Positions 1 to 8,215 of a stretch of 32,946 nucleotides of DNA are shown here, piece by piece. Numbering within the stretch: position 1 is the stretch's first letter; each line of letters starts with the position of its first letter. Under the pieces are notes generated by a model. The model worked only from the letters and a program-made list of their open reading frames with translations. It was not told the DNA's origin and made no database searches. The translations under genes were made by a program, and so were the position numbers. The stretch comes from Candidatus Micrarchaeota archaeon (lineage in GTDB: Archaea; Micrarchaeota; Micrarchaeia; Anstonellales; Bilamarchaeaceae): positions 1-32,946 of the forward strand of contig JBDRIM010000024.1 of the NCBI GenBank assembly GCA_043816005.1. Direction: 5' to 3'.

Positions 1-466
1 GCTTAATCTTATTTATTCTGGACCGTTGATCAACAAAGTAAAACAGACAAAACACAAATACAAATACGTAGTACCAGGTAATCTTGAAAAACAACTAAAA
101 CCAATTTTAGGTAACGATGCAGTTTATGGCTGGCAACATAATATACTAAAGTACTATTCTAATTGCGAAATGGTTTTCTGTCATGGTGGACACACAACCA
201 TAATGGAAGCTCTTAGCTATGGCAAACCAGTAATCTCTATTGTTGATTCTGCCTACAGCGAGAGGGTGAACAATGCCAAACAACTTCAAGAACTTGGTGT
301 TGGTGTCTATCTCGACAAGAATTCAGTTTCTGAAAACTCCATAAGAAATGCTATTGATTATGCAAAAACACTAAACCCAAAACGTCTTCAACTATACTCG
401 AAAATGGCATCGAAGTCTCCTCTTGAAGAATTTGACAAACTCTTCTATAAATGCGCTCTAAAATAA
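1..466 (+). CDS. Glycosyltransferase family 28 C-terminal-like domain protein (5'-partial)
   Basis: Frame is open from the window start. Motif VFCHGGHTTIMEALSYGKPVISI...ERVNNAKQLQELGVG is typical of GT-B/GT28 C-terminal domains. Confidence 0.8.
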   Translation, partial: LNLIYSGPLINKVKQTKHKYKYVVPGNLEKQLKPILGNDAVYGWQHNILKYYSNCEMVFCHGGHTTIMEALSYGKPVISIVDSAYSERVNNAKQLQELGVGVYLDKNSVSENSIRNAIDYAKTLNPKRLQLYSKMASKSPLEEFDKLFYKCALK

Positions 467-1200
467 TCCTCAACATGTAATTGTAATTCCTTATTAGTTT
501 CAAAACCAAACTTTTCATGCAATTGAAGCAAATAAGGATGGGGAGAAAAATGGGGAACAGTAATGGCATAGCCTTCCATATCCATTGAACCTGATTTTAG
601 CGATGCGCCGCTATACTTATCGTAAACGTTTTTGAATCTTGTTGAGGCGGCTGCATGTTCCTTAGAAACTATTTTGCCTTGTACACTTTGATTAACAAAT
701 GAAAATGCAATTTTTTTCTTTTCCACTTTCCCAGTGATCAAATTAATCAGTGGTTTCTCAATTTGTACAGTTATTTTTATCTCTCCTCCAGCCATTTTTG
801 CATCATATTCACCTTTCTCGAGGTGCAATAGTAAAAAAGAAGTGAAAAATTCCTTTGAGTCATGGAAATTAGTTGCTTTGGAAAAAATTACTAATTTCTC
901 CCCAGCAAAGAACATTGATCTCATTGCGCCATGTCCAAATGAATTTCCAAATCTCTCTTCATCAACATTAATATTCTGAAAATAATTGTTGGGTACTGCA
1001 TAAGCAGCCCTGGCTTCAAACATTGGGTAGATGAGTTTTACCGGCCAGTTCATAGAGGAGTAGATGGTTTTTGATATCGGAGAAAGCGTTTTGGCCATTA
1101 TCTTTGAAAACTCCATCCTGCCTTTGTCCTCTTCAATCATCTTTTCCATAAATTGGACATATTCTTGCATATCTTTTGCCTTATCACAGAAATTGCACAT
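445..1200 (-). CDS. Hypothetical protein (251 aa, N-terminal CxxC)
   Basis: Long ORF with protein-like composition. No family recognised. Confidence 0.7.
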   Translation of the reverse strand: MCNFCDKAKDMQEYVQFMEKMIEEDKGRMEFSKIMAKTLSPISKTIYSSMNWPVKLIYPMFEARAAYAVPNNYFQNINVDEERFGNSFGHGAMRSMFFAGEKLVIFSKATNFHDSKEFFTSFLLLHLEKGEYDAKMAGGEIKITVQIEKPLINLITGKVEKKKIAFSFVNQSVQGKIVSKEHAAASTRFKNVYDKYSGASLKSGSMDMEGYAITVPHFSPHPYLLQLHEKFGFETNKELQLHVEDYFRAHL

Positions 1201-1265
1201 ACTACAAAACCGTCGGCTTGATTTTTAAGTTTATTTATTCAATTATCTTCACTTCTATCTATACC

Positions 1266-1297
1266 AAGGAGATTCAAAAAGGATCAAAGTCCTTTTT
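1266..1297. repeat. Dispersed AAGGAG-hairpin repeat, copy 1
   Basis: AAGGAGATTCAAAAAGGATCAAAGTCCTTTTT resembles 6452-6483 and 23907-23935 and contains stem AAAAAGGAT/GTCCTTTTT. Confidence 0.55.
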
Positions 1298-1310
1298 AAG
1301 AGGTTTAATC

Positions 1311-2396
1311 ATGAAAAAAAGTATTCTTACAAAAGAGAACATCCTTAAAATCGCTGTCGTAGCTATTGCGCTTCTTTTCATTACTGAAACATTTTATTTC
1401 GGTAATGGATTGTCAAATCTATTCAGACCCTCTAGTTCTGGTTCGAATATAACTGGTGTTGCTGTTTTCAATGGCACAATAAGGACCTATGATCCATTTT
1501 TATTTGTTCAAGGCCAAATCCCACAGCCTGTTATAGACAAACTCAATGCAAAAAAAGAAATTCGTAGCATTCAACAGGTATCAGGTGGCATCATGATTAA
1601 TTTAGATAGTCGTGACAGTGTATATCCTATTGCGGTATTTCTAAGGGAAAACAATGTTACTTCATATTCCAGGGCAAATATTGTAGTTGATGAGCAGATT
1701 GTAGTTCAAACTCTAACTGGTAAAATACTAACCTCCATTCCTAATGGCGTCATACAGGTTATTTCACAGCCTCTTGTTGATGCTGACAGCGTTGTTCCAA
1801 TCCAAATGGAAATTGTGTTGAGCAATGATGTGGTAATATATTACGGTACAGCATCGCTTTTGGAAGAGGACATAACACTTAATTTGGATGCACAAATTAT
1901 TTCCCTAGATCATAAAACATACACCTATATAATTCCATGGGAGGATAGGAATTCTCTTGGCAATCTTTCAGCTTATGGGGATATAAACTACAAAAAAGTC
2001 GACAGTATAATTTTTACCCAACCGCTATCTGTTGATCAAATTCTTCTTAAGAAAAATTCTCCATTTATAACCTATATTGATGCAAACAGTGCACAAGTAG
2101 AATCATCATTTGATGATTTAGAACAACTTAATTCAACTTTTCAAGGAATTGGTTTTGTTCTTCCTTCATCTAATCTGGTTATAACTACCAACACTACTCC
2201 AGACTTGCAATACAATTCTACTGTTGTTTACAACTATATAGTAACATTAAACAGTACTTATACGTTTGAACAAGATTCGTTTTTGATAACATCTTCAACT
2301 CCTTATGAAGATGGATCAGATATTAAAGTTTCAATTGATGTATTGGCAATGGGAAATAGGGTTCTTTCTATTAAACATGTCTCCCTCCCATCCTAA
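1311..2396 (+). CDS. Hypothetical membrane-anchored extracellular protein
   Basis: ATG at 1311 preceded by GAGGT. One N-terminal hydrophobic helix (IAVVAIALLFITETFYF) and several N-x-S/T sequons. Confidence 0.7.
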   Translation: MKKSILTKENILKIAVVAIALLFITETFYFGNGLSNLFRPSSSGSNITGVAVFNGTIRTYDPFLFVQGQIPQPVIDKLNAKKEIRSIQQVSGGIMINLDSRDSVYPIAVFLRENNVTSYSRANIVVDEQIVVQTLTGKILTSIPNGVIQVISQPLVDADSVVPIQMEIVLSNDVVIYYGTASLLEEDITLNLDAQIISLDHKTYTYIIPWEDRNSLGNLSAYGDINYKKVDSIIFTQPLSVDQILLKKNSPFITYIDANSAQVESSFDDLEQLNSTFQGIGFVLPSSNLVITTNTTPDLQYNSTVVYNYIVTLNSTYTFEQDSFLITSSTPYEDGSDIKVSIDVLAMGNRVLSIKHVSLPS

Positions 2397-2901
2397 CAAT
2401 TTTCTTTAATCTTTGTTCTGCTTCAATGCTGCTAAGGTATTTTATCACATTAGGTGGCACATGTTTTTCCCATTCTTTATTTCCTTCCCCCATAAGTTTC
2501 CTTATGTTGGTGCCTTCCTTCGGTCCGCGATCATAATAAGCAACTGGTTTAACCAGTACGCCGTGTTTTGAAAATAGCATTTTTATCAATGCATTATTTG
2601 AATAAACTGACCCAACGTCAACTGGTGGTATATGCATGAAAAGGTGATCCACCCATATTCTATTATCATTTACGTCTGGTACTGGGACAATAACCAACTT
2701 TGCCAATTCGCTTTTACTGAAGCAAAGCCTTATCATTTCAATACGTTCGCCGCATGTAAACGGATTTTCGGTTGTAAAACCATCCTCTGAACTTCCAATT
2801 GCTATTACCACTTCAGGATATTTTTTTAATAGTTTTTTTACTGCATACTGATGTCCGTGGTGGAAGGGTTGAAACCTTCCTATGAACAATGCGCGTTTCA
2901 T
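2371..2901 (-). CDS. nadM: Nicotinamide-nucleotide adenylyltransferase
   Basis: FIGRFQPFHHGH (HxGH), IGSS, ENPFTCGERIEMI and GTNIR motifs. GGTGA SD precedes the ATG at 2901. Confidence 0.92.
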   Translation of the reverse strand: MKRALFIGRFQPFHHGHQYAVKKLLKKYPEVVIAIGSSEDGFTTENPFTCGERIEMIRLCFSKSELAKLVIVPVPDVNDNRIWVDHLFMHIPPVDVGSVYSNNALIKMLFSKHGVLVKPVAYYDRGPKEGTNIRKLMGEGNKEWEKHVPPNVIKYLSSIEAEQRLKKIVRMGGRHV

Positions 2902-2916
2902 ATTACATATCACCTA

Positions 2917-5900
2917 TTATGTTTCTTTCATTACCTGTTTAAGCTTTATACCTACTAGTTTTGATACTCCGTCTACTTTTGTGACGCCAATTACAGAATC
3001 TGCATTTGACATTACTGTGTCATTATGTGACACCATTATGAATTGGCTTTCTTTGCACATGCCAATGACAAGGTCTGCGAGGTTTTTACTGTTGGTTTTA
3101 TCCAATGCTGCATCAACCTCATCAAGAATATAAAATGGGGCTGGTTTAAACATCTGAAGTGCAAAAACAAACATCATTGCCACAAGCGTTTTTTCTCCAC
3201 CTGACAATGCGTCAAGTGCATGTTCTTGATTATTCCTTCTCAATTTAATAAATAGACCGCTTTCAAAGGGTTCTGATGGATTACTAAGATGAAGGTGTCC
3301 TTGACCTACATTTATGTACTTAAACATCTTGCTAAAATTATCGCTTACTGAATTAAATGTTTCAAAGAATGCTTCTTTTTTATGTTCATCAATTTCACTT
3401 ATCATCGACAGTATTGCTTCTCTTTCCTGATCAAGTTTCTCTATCTTTTCTTGAACATCTGCCATTTCAGCCTTTTTCTTTTCATACATCTCTACTGCTG
3501 CCATATTTACATTTCCTATTGTGGAGAGTATCTCTTCGGATTGTTTTATCATATTGTTTAACTCTTCTTTTTCGAGTTCAAGGAATTCTGCACTGCCATA
3601 TGATGCAAATTCTATTTGCATATCTTCTAATCGTGTTTTTGTAGTTGCTGTCTTTACTGTGAGTTGGTTCATATCTCTTATTACTTTATCGAGTTCTATC
3701 CTTATCTGACCACGTTTGTTCCCAATTTTTCGTAGTTCCTCTTCACAGGACCTCATTTTTTCGAATATTCTTTCAATTTCTTTGCTTACTGATTTCATTT
3801 TTTCTTCCATATGTAAAAATTCCTTTTCATCGTCGCCAATCTGTTTTTTCATCTCTTTAATCTTTTCAACTACTTCTTTCTCTTCTTTTTCGAGTTTTTT
3901 GGCTCTTTCTTCTTTGGCAGTATACTCTTTTTTCCTTATATTCATCTCACTGTACCTGCCTTCTATGGTGGCTTTAAGTGATGAAACTGCAGCACTGAGT
4001 TCTGCCCTTTTTTTACTGCTTTCTTCCGAACTCCGCTTATACTCACTTTCTGCAGCCCTAAGATGTTCTTTTATCCCTGCTAATTTTCCCTCAGCTTCAG
4101 TAACTTTTTTAGCGATATGTTCTCTTTCAATTGTTCTTTCTTTAATTGACTTTTCAAATTCTGTTATTTCCTTTACTATCTGTTCTTTTCTTTTTGCCAA
4201 TCTCTCTATTTCTTCTCTTCTTTCACTTTCCATTTTTTCTTTCATTTCTGCTGTTTTTACATGAATCTCGAACCTAGCTTTTTCAGCTCTCATCTTTGAT
4301 TCTTCTTCTCTTATGGAATATAACTCCTGAAGTAAAGACTCTTTTGTACTTTTCATATCGTTGAATTCATTTTCTATCTTACGTAGATTATGGTTATTTA
4401 GAACTCCAGATTGGGTTCGTCCACCGCTTACTATCCCTGACCTTTCAAATATCTCGCCGCCACTTGTTACCATCCTACTTGTTCCAATACCAAGTTTTTT
4501 TGCATCTGTGACACTGTCAACAAGTAAGGTATCTGCAAAAACATATTCAATTGCTCTTCTGACATTTGATTTACACTCTACAATTTCTAATATCGAGGAA
4601 ATTTTTCCTACTTTGACTGGTTGAGGTGTTCTAATAGAGTCAAGAGGAATAAATGTTGCTCGCCCAGCTTTTGCTTTCTTTAATTTTTCTATAGCTGAAG
4701 TTGCTGTGTCTACACTATCTACAATGACATAGAGAAGTCGTGCTCCTCCTGCAGCTTCAATGGCATTTGCATATTCAGGATCAAAAGTGATGAGGTCAGC
4801 TACTGTACCATATATTCCATTTGTTGTCTTAGCAAGATCTCCTATGAAACTTAATGCAGGATTAGCTAATTGAGGTGAGCTTCTCACCCTGAAAATTGAT
4901 AGTTTTTCCTTAAGTTCTAGCATTTGTCTGTCCAGATCAGTCATCTGAGCATTTATTTCCTTTGTTTTTGTGAATGAGCTGTCTATTTCCTTAGTGATTC
5001 TTTCAATCTCTCTTTTTGTATGGTTTAAGTCCTCACGTTGTCCTTCGTTATCATCATTTACTATAATGCTTTCTTCTTCTGCTTTTTTTGCATCAACAAC
5101 CTGACGTTTTGCATCTATTTCTGAGGTTATTGCTCCTAGTTTTTCTTTTACTGATTCAAGTTCCTTCTCATGTTTTTCTAACGTTCTTCTTATTTCCGTT
5201 ATTCTATCATCTTCAGTACTTCCACCATGTTTTGCAAGTTGTTCCTCTGCATTCTTTAATTCGTTTTTTAATCTTATCATCTCTTTTTCAAGAGCTACAA
5301 GACTCTCCCTTTCTTTTGCAGATTCCCTCTCAATTTCTTCTATTTCGATTTTGATATCTCCAATTGTTTTTTCTTTGTCATCAACAAACTGTTTCTTTGA
5401 TGCACATGATGCCTTTAGCTCTTCAAGTCGTCTTATCATGGCATTTGTTTTTTGTTTTGACTGGAGTTCTTCACTTAATTTTGCTCTTACTGAATCAACT
5501 TCACCTATCTCTGTTTCAATGTCTGCCATCTCTTTTTCTTTTGTTTTTTGCGTAACATTGAATTTCTCTTCTTGGTTATCTAACTGTGTTTGATCCTTAC
5601 TTAATCGTTCAATCTCTTTTTTCAGTACTGTTCCCTTTGCATTTGTGAGATTTTTCTTGGCTCCAGTATATTTTATTGCAGTTTCTTTTTCAATTTCAAG
5701 TTCTTTGAGGAACGCTTCCCTCTCTCCCATAACTAGGTTTGCATCTTTTATTCTTGTTTCAACCATATTCAATTCGCTTAAAGCTTCTCTTTTTTTCTCT
5801 TCAAAATCAGCTATACCTGCAACACTATCTATTATTTGTCTTCTTTCCTTCCCATTCATATTTACTATTCGTTGAACTTCACCCTGTGCTATGGTGTTCC

Positions 5901-6276
5901 TTCCACTACTGTCAAGGTTATGTTTTTTCAGAGCTTCTACAACACTACCTCTAGTAGTTTTCTTATCATTAATTCGGTAGCGTATTTTACCATCTTCTCT
6001 TATTGCCCTTCGTATCTCATAACCATGGCCATCATCACTTTCAAGTACAAGACTTACTTCTGCAGTTCTTGATCCACCATGTATCAAATCAGTGACCTTT
6101 CTGGCACGAAGAGATTTTAGGCTTGTTTCACCCATTACAAATCGTATGGCATCGCAAAGGTTGCTCTTGCCACTTCCATTTGGACCTGCAAAACAAATGA
6201 ATGTTGCCGGCAAATGAACGTCTGCTGCTTTGAATGATTTGAAATTCCTTAATTTAAGACGGGAGATAAAAACCAT
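2917..6276 (-). CDS. smc: Chromosome segregation protein SMC
   Basis: Walker A GPNGSGKSN, long coiled coils, hinge (GIYGTVADLI...GRATFIPL...SGG), signature LSGGEK, Walker B YILDEVDAALD. Confidence 0.97.
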   Translation of the reverse strand: MVFISRLKLRNFKSFKAADVHLPATFICFAGPNGSGKSNLCDAIRFVMGETSLKSLRARKVTDLIHGGSRTAEVSLVLESDDGHGYEIRRAIREDGKIRYRINDKKTTRGSVVEALKKHNLDSSGRNTIAQGEVQRIVNMNGKERRQIIDSVAGIADFEEKKREALSELNMVETRIKDANLVMGEREAFLKELEIEKETAIKYTGAKKNLTNAKGTVLKKEIERLSKDQTQLDNQEEKFNVTQKTKEKEMADIETEIGEVDSVRAKLSEELQSKQKTNAMIRRLEELKASCASKKQFVDDKEKTIGDIKIEIEEIERESAKERESLVALEKEMIRLKNELKNAEEQLAKHGGSTEDDRITEIRRTLEKHEKELESVKEKLGAITSEIDAKRQVVDAKKAEEESIIVNDDNEGQREDLNHTKREIERITKEIDSSFTKTKEINAQMTDLDRQMLELKEKLSIFRVRSSPQLANPALSFIGDLAKTTNGIYGTVADLITFDPEYANAIEAAGGARLLYVIVDSVDTATSAIEKLKKAKAGRATFIPLDSIRTPQPVKVGKISSILEIVECKSNVRRAIEYVFADTLLVDSVTDAKKLGIGTSRMVTSGGEIFERSGIVSGGRTQSGVLNNHNLRKIENEFNDMKSTKESLLQELYSIREEESKMRAEKARFEIHVKTAEMKEKMESERREEIERLAKRKEQIVKEITEFEKSIKERTIEREHIAKKVTEAEGKLAGIKEHLRAAESEYKRSSEESSKKRAELSAAVSSLKATIEGRYSEMNIRKKEYTAKEERAKKLEKEEKEVVEKIKEMKKQIGDDEKEFLHMEEKMKSVSKEIERIFEKMRSCEEELRKIGNKRGQIRIELDKVIRDMNQLTVKTATTKTRLEDMQIEFASYGSAEFLELEKEELNNMIKQSEEILSTIGNVNMAAVEMYEKKKAEMADVQEKIEKLDQEREAILSMISEIDEHKKEAFFETFNSVSDNFSKMFKYINVGQGHLHLSNPSEPFESGLFIKLRRNNQEHALDALSGGEKTLVAMMFVFALQMFKPAPFYILDEVDAALDKTNSKNLADLVIGMCKESQFIMVSHNDTVMSNADSVIGVTKVDGVSKLVGIKLKQVMKET

Positions 6277-6303
6277 TTAACCGGACGATAATCTCAGAGC
6301 AGG

Positions 6304-6317
6304 TTAAAAAGCGTTTC
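6304..6317 (-). promoter_or_regulatory. Putative BRE/TATA promoter of smc
   Basis: Minus strand AGAAACGCTTTTTAA about 28 nt upstream of the smc ATG. Confidence 0.4.
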
Positions 6318-6347
6318 TGCGCTAACCCTTGGATTTAGACAAATTAG

Positions 6348-6395
6348 TCTGATAAAAATTAGGTGCGTGATTGAATTTCGCTTCAATAATCTGAT
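6348..6395. repeat. Degenerate double-hairpin-type insertion flanked by TCTGAT direct repeats
   Basis: TCTGAT-AAAAATT...ATTGAA-TTTCGC-TTCAAT-AA-TCTGAT has the same layout as the units at 9075-9178. Confidence 0.4.
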
Positions 6396-6412
6396 GTAAG
6401 AACAAGAAAAAA

Positions 6413-6491
6413 TGGACAACTCAGCGAACGTCGTTCGCTTAAGTCCAATAAAAGGAGGTTAAAAAGGGACCAAGGTCCCTTTTATTGGACA
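6413..6491 (-). mobile_element. Double-hairpin insertion in the tRNA-Ala 3' trailer with TGTCCA direct repeat
   Basis: Sense TGTCCA-ATAAAAGG..CCTTTTATTGGAC-TTA-AGCGAAC-GAC-GTTCGCT-GAGT-TGTCCA-TTTTTT, with a 73-nt spacing between the direct repeats. Confidence 0.5.
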
Positions 6492-6500
6492 CGGAGGGAT

Positions 6501-6618
6501 ATGTTCCCCGCTTTTTAGTAAAAAGCGGTCAAAAACAATCTGTTGATTTTGCCTTCGGCAAAATGCGAAAGCATTTTCATCAACTAATTTTTGACCGACT
6601 TTTTTTCAAAAAGTCGGA
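6501..6618 (-). other. tRNA-Ala intron 2 (118 nt, non-canonical T-loop position 58/59)
   Basis: BHB-like: central helix GTTC/GAAC, bulges AA|T and AT|A. Removal restores the T-loop TTCAAAT. Confidence 0.85.
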
Positions 6619-6639
6619 TTGAACCCCCAGCCTTCCACA

Positions 6640-6679
6640 AATTGGAAGTTTTTAGTTAAGTTTTTTTCCAAAAAACTTA
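6640..6679 (-). other. tRNA-Ala intron 1 (40 nt, canonical 37/38)
   Basis: Strict BHB: central helix TTGG/CCAA, bulges CG|T and TT|T, outer stem AAGTTTTT/AAAAACTT. Confidence 0.9.
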
Positions 6680-6716
6680 CGCCAAGCGGATGCTCTACCG
6701 TTGAGCTACGTGCCCA

Positions 6717-6751
6717 TTGTTCTTTTTTAGAAAAAAAGAACCAAAAAACTG
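6717..6751 (-). repeat. T/A-tract hairpin element in the tRNA-Ala 5' leader
   Basis: 33/35 nt identical to the reverse complement of 30641-30675. The two differences form one compensatory pair. Confidence 0.8.
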
Positions 6752-6768
6752 GCTGTTTAAAAAAAAAA

Positions 6769-6993
6769 TTAAGATGGAGATATGAAAGTTACAGAGTCGC
6801 CTCGGAGCAATATTGTTCCTACACCTCTCTTCACTTCACCGTTGACCATCTGCTCTGCTTTTTCTAGAACGATGTTCATGTGTACGTCATATGCTATCAT
6901 CACACCTCGGAATTCGCTTCCACCTTTCATCCCGATGATGACTGTGTTGTTCAATGCGCTATTCAATACATCAAATGGTCTCTTTTCTGGCAT
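6769..6993 (-). CDS. Sm-like archaeal protein (Lsm/SmAP1)
   Basis: MPEKRPFDVLN..., Sm1 motif (FRGVMIAYDVHMNIVLEKAE) and Sm2 motif (LLRGDSV). Confidence 0.95.
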   Translation of the reverse strand: MPEKRPFDVLNSALNNTVIIGMKGGSEFRGVMIAYDVHMNIVLEKAEQMVNGEVKRGVGTILLRGDSVTFISPS

Positions 6994-7138
6994 AAAAATT
7001 TCACCTTCCTTTTTCATTAATAAAAATTTTTATTATTGATCGTTTCGACGATCAATGGCATAAAAATTTCACGCTCCTTTTTCTTTATCTTTGAGGGAAA
7101 TTTTTATAATTGAACGGTTTTCCGTTCAATGGCATAAA
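6988..7138. repeat. Two tandem double-hairpin units (68 and 74 nt) triplicating the Sm start region
   Basis: TGGCATAAA at 6988, 7056 and 7130. Each unit has an ATAAAAATTT/AAATTTTTAT stem and a 9-bp ATTGA..TCAAT hairpin. Confidence 0.85.
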
Positions 7139-7223
7139 TCCACCTCAAAAAATTAAAACTTATAGCATCTTTAATCCAGTTAATATTTAAATCTTCTACT
7201 TATATTTTGTTTCTGGTGCTATT

Positions 7224-7736
7224 ATGGTTAAATCAAAATCTGAGTTACCTATTGAAACTACTTACAAAAAAATGTCTGATAAACTATTTTCCATTGAAGC
7301 TCCTATGGAGTGGGAAGCTCGTTATTTAGATGTAGGTGGCGTTTCTCAGCACAATATGATAACATTTAGATCACCAAAAGACGTACAAAAAAATTCCACT
7401 TCCCCCAACTCATTATCTGTTCAATACTTCGATCGGGATGGTCCAATTGAATTAGATGCTCAGACGTATGCTAATAACGAAGCATCAATTAATCCTGGTG
7501 GTAAAACCCAAGCCAAAAAATCTGATTTCAATGGTTTACCCGGTGTTCTAGCAATAACTCAGGATTTACCATTTAATCTAAATGAAGGACAAGTGCTATG
7601 CACGGTCCAGTCAAGGTATCTCCAAAATCCAAAGAACCTCAAATTGTTCAGAATAAGTTTTTGGTATGATAAAACAAAAGAAAAAGAATTTGATCCTCTA
7701 TTTGATCACATGCTCAAGAGCTTTCAATTCAAATGA
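7224..7736 (+). CDS. PsbP/DcrB-like domain protein
   Basis: FSIEAPMEW near the N-terminus, FNGLPGV, and C-terminal FDHMLKSFQFK match the Mog1p/PsbP-like fold pattern. Confidence 0.55.
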   Translation: MVKSKSELPIETTYKKMSDKLFSIEAPMEWEARYLDVGGVSQHNMITFRSPKDVQKNSTSPNSLSVQYFDRDGPIELDAQTYANNEASINPGGKTQAKKSDFNGLPGVLAITQDLPFNLNEGQVLCTVQSRYLQNPKNLKLFRISFWYDKTKEKEFDPLFDHMLKSFQFK

Positions 7737-8210
7737 TCATTCGTTATTTACGATCGTCTCTATTTTTCCAGGTCCTTTGAATATTATTATTCTATCTGCA
7801 GTGTTGCGCAATGCAGCGCTGAATGCAACATCTGTTGCAATTATCATTGTTTTTTTGCCATATGCTTTTGCCTTAACTAACACTGGCCTGTAATCTGTAT
7901 CCCTTGTCATCAAAGCAATAATATCTATGTTTTTGTCAAGTACATATTCCATTGCTTCTATGGCCATCGTCACGTCGACGTCTCCGGTTGTTATTTCAGT
8001 CTCAAACCCTTGGTTTACCATTGCTTCAATAAGTTTATCAGATGCAAACTGATCAAGATAAATTTTTGAGATTCTGATGTTACCATATTTACTGATCTCT
8101 TTTCTAAGCTCATGAAGGTCTACATTAAATGCCTTGCGTAGTATGTTCGGACCATCGACCAAAAGTGCAATATCTAATCTCTCCTTTTTCCTTTTCAAAA
8201 ATTCAAACAT
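7737..8210 (-). CDS. NYN/PIN-fold protein (TIGR00288/LabA-like)
   Basis: IALLVDGPN, GDVDVTMAIEAM, TRDTDYRP and ALRNTAD motifs. Confidence 0.88.
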   Translation of the reverse strand: MFEFLKRKKERLDIALLVDGPNILRKAFNVDLHELRKEISKYGNIRISKIYLDQFASDKLIEAMVNQGFETEITTGDVDVTMAIEAMEYVLDKNIDIIALMTRDTDYRPVLVKAKAYGKKTMIIATDVAFSAALRNTADRIIIFKGPGKIETIVNNE

Positions 8211-8215
8211 TATAT

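Larger units (their letters stand above)
6486..6715 (-). tRNA. tRNA-Ala(GGC) with two introns (exons 6715-6680, 6639-6619, 6500-6486)
   Basis: Spliced 72-nt GGGCACGTAGCTCAACGGTAGAGCATCCGCTTGGCG|TGTGGAAGGCTGGGGGTTCAA|ATCCCTCCGTGTCCA folds into a full cloverleaf with the G3:U70 Ala identity pair. Confidence 0.93.

Noticed and set aside
3357..6072. Many 60-180 aa ORFs opposite smc, and similar ones opposite other genes
   Set aside because: Antisense shadows with S/F/L-rich composition and no motifs.
6413..6491. Prophage or integrative element att site at the tRNA-Ala 3' end
   Set aside because: The duplication is only 6 bp and encloses about 70 nt. There is no integrase or cargo.
6619..6867. 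82-aa ORF on the + strand
   Set aside because: Antisense to tRNA-Ala and the Sm gene. Spurious.
6994..7135. BHB-spliced mRNA introns at the Sm start
   Set aside because: The hairpins lie side by side, and I could not find a bulge-helix-bulge joining the would-be exons. Not excluded without RNA data.
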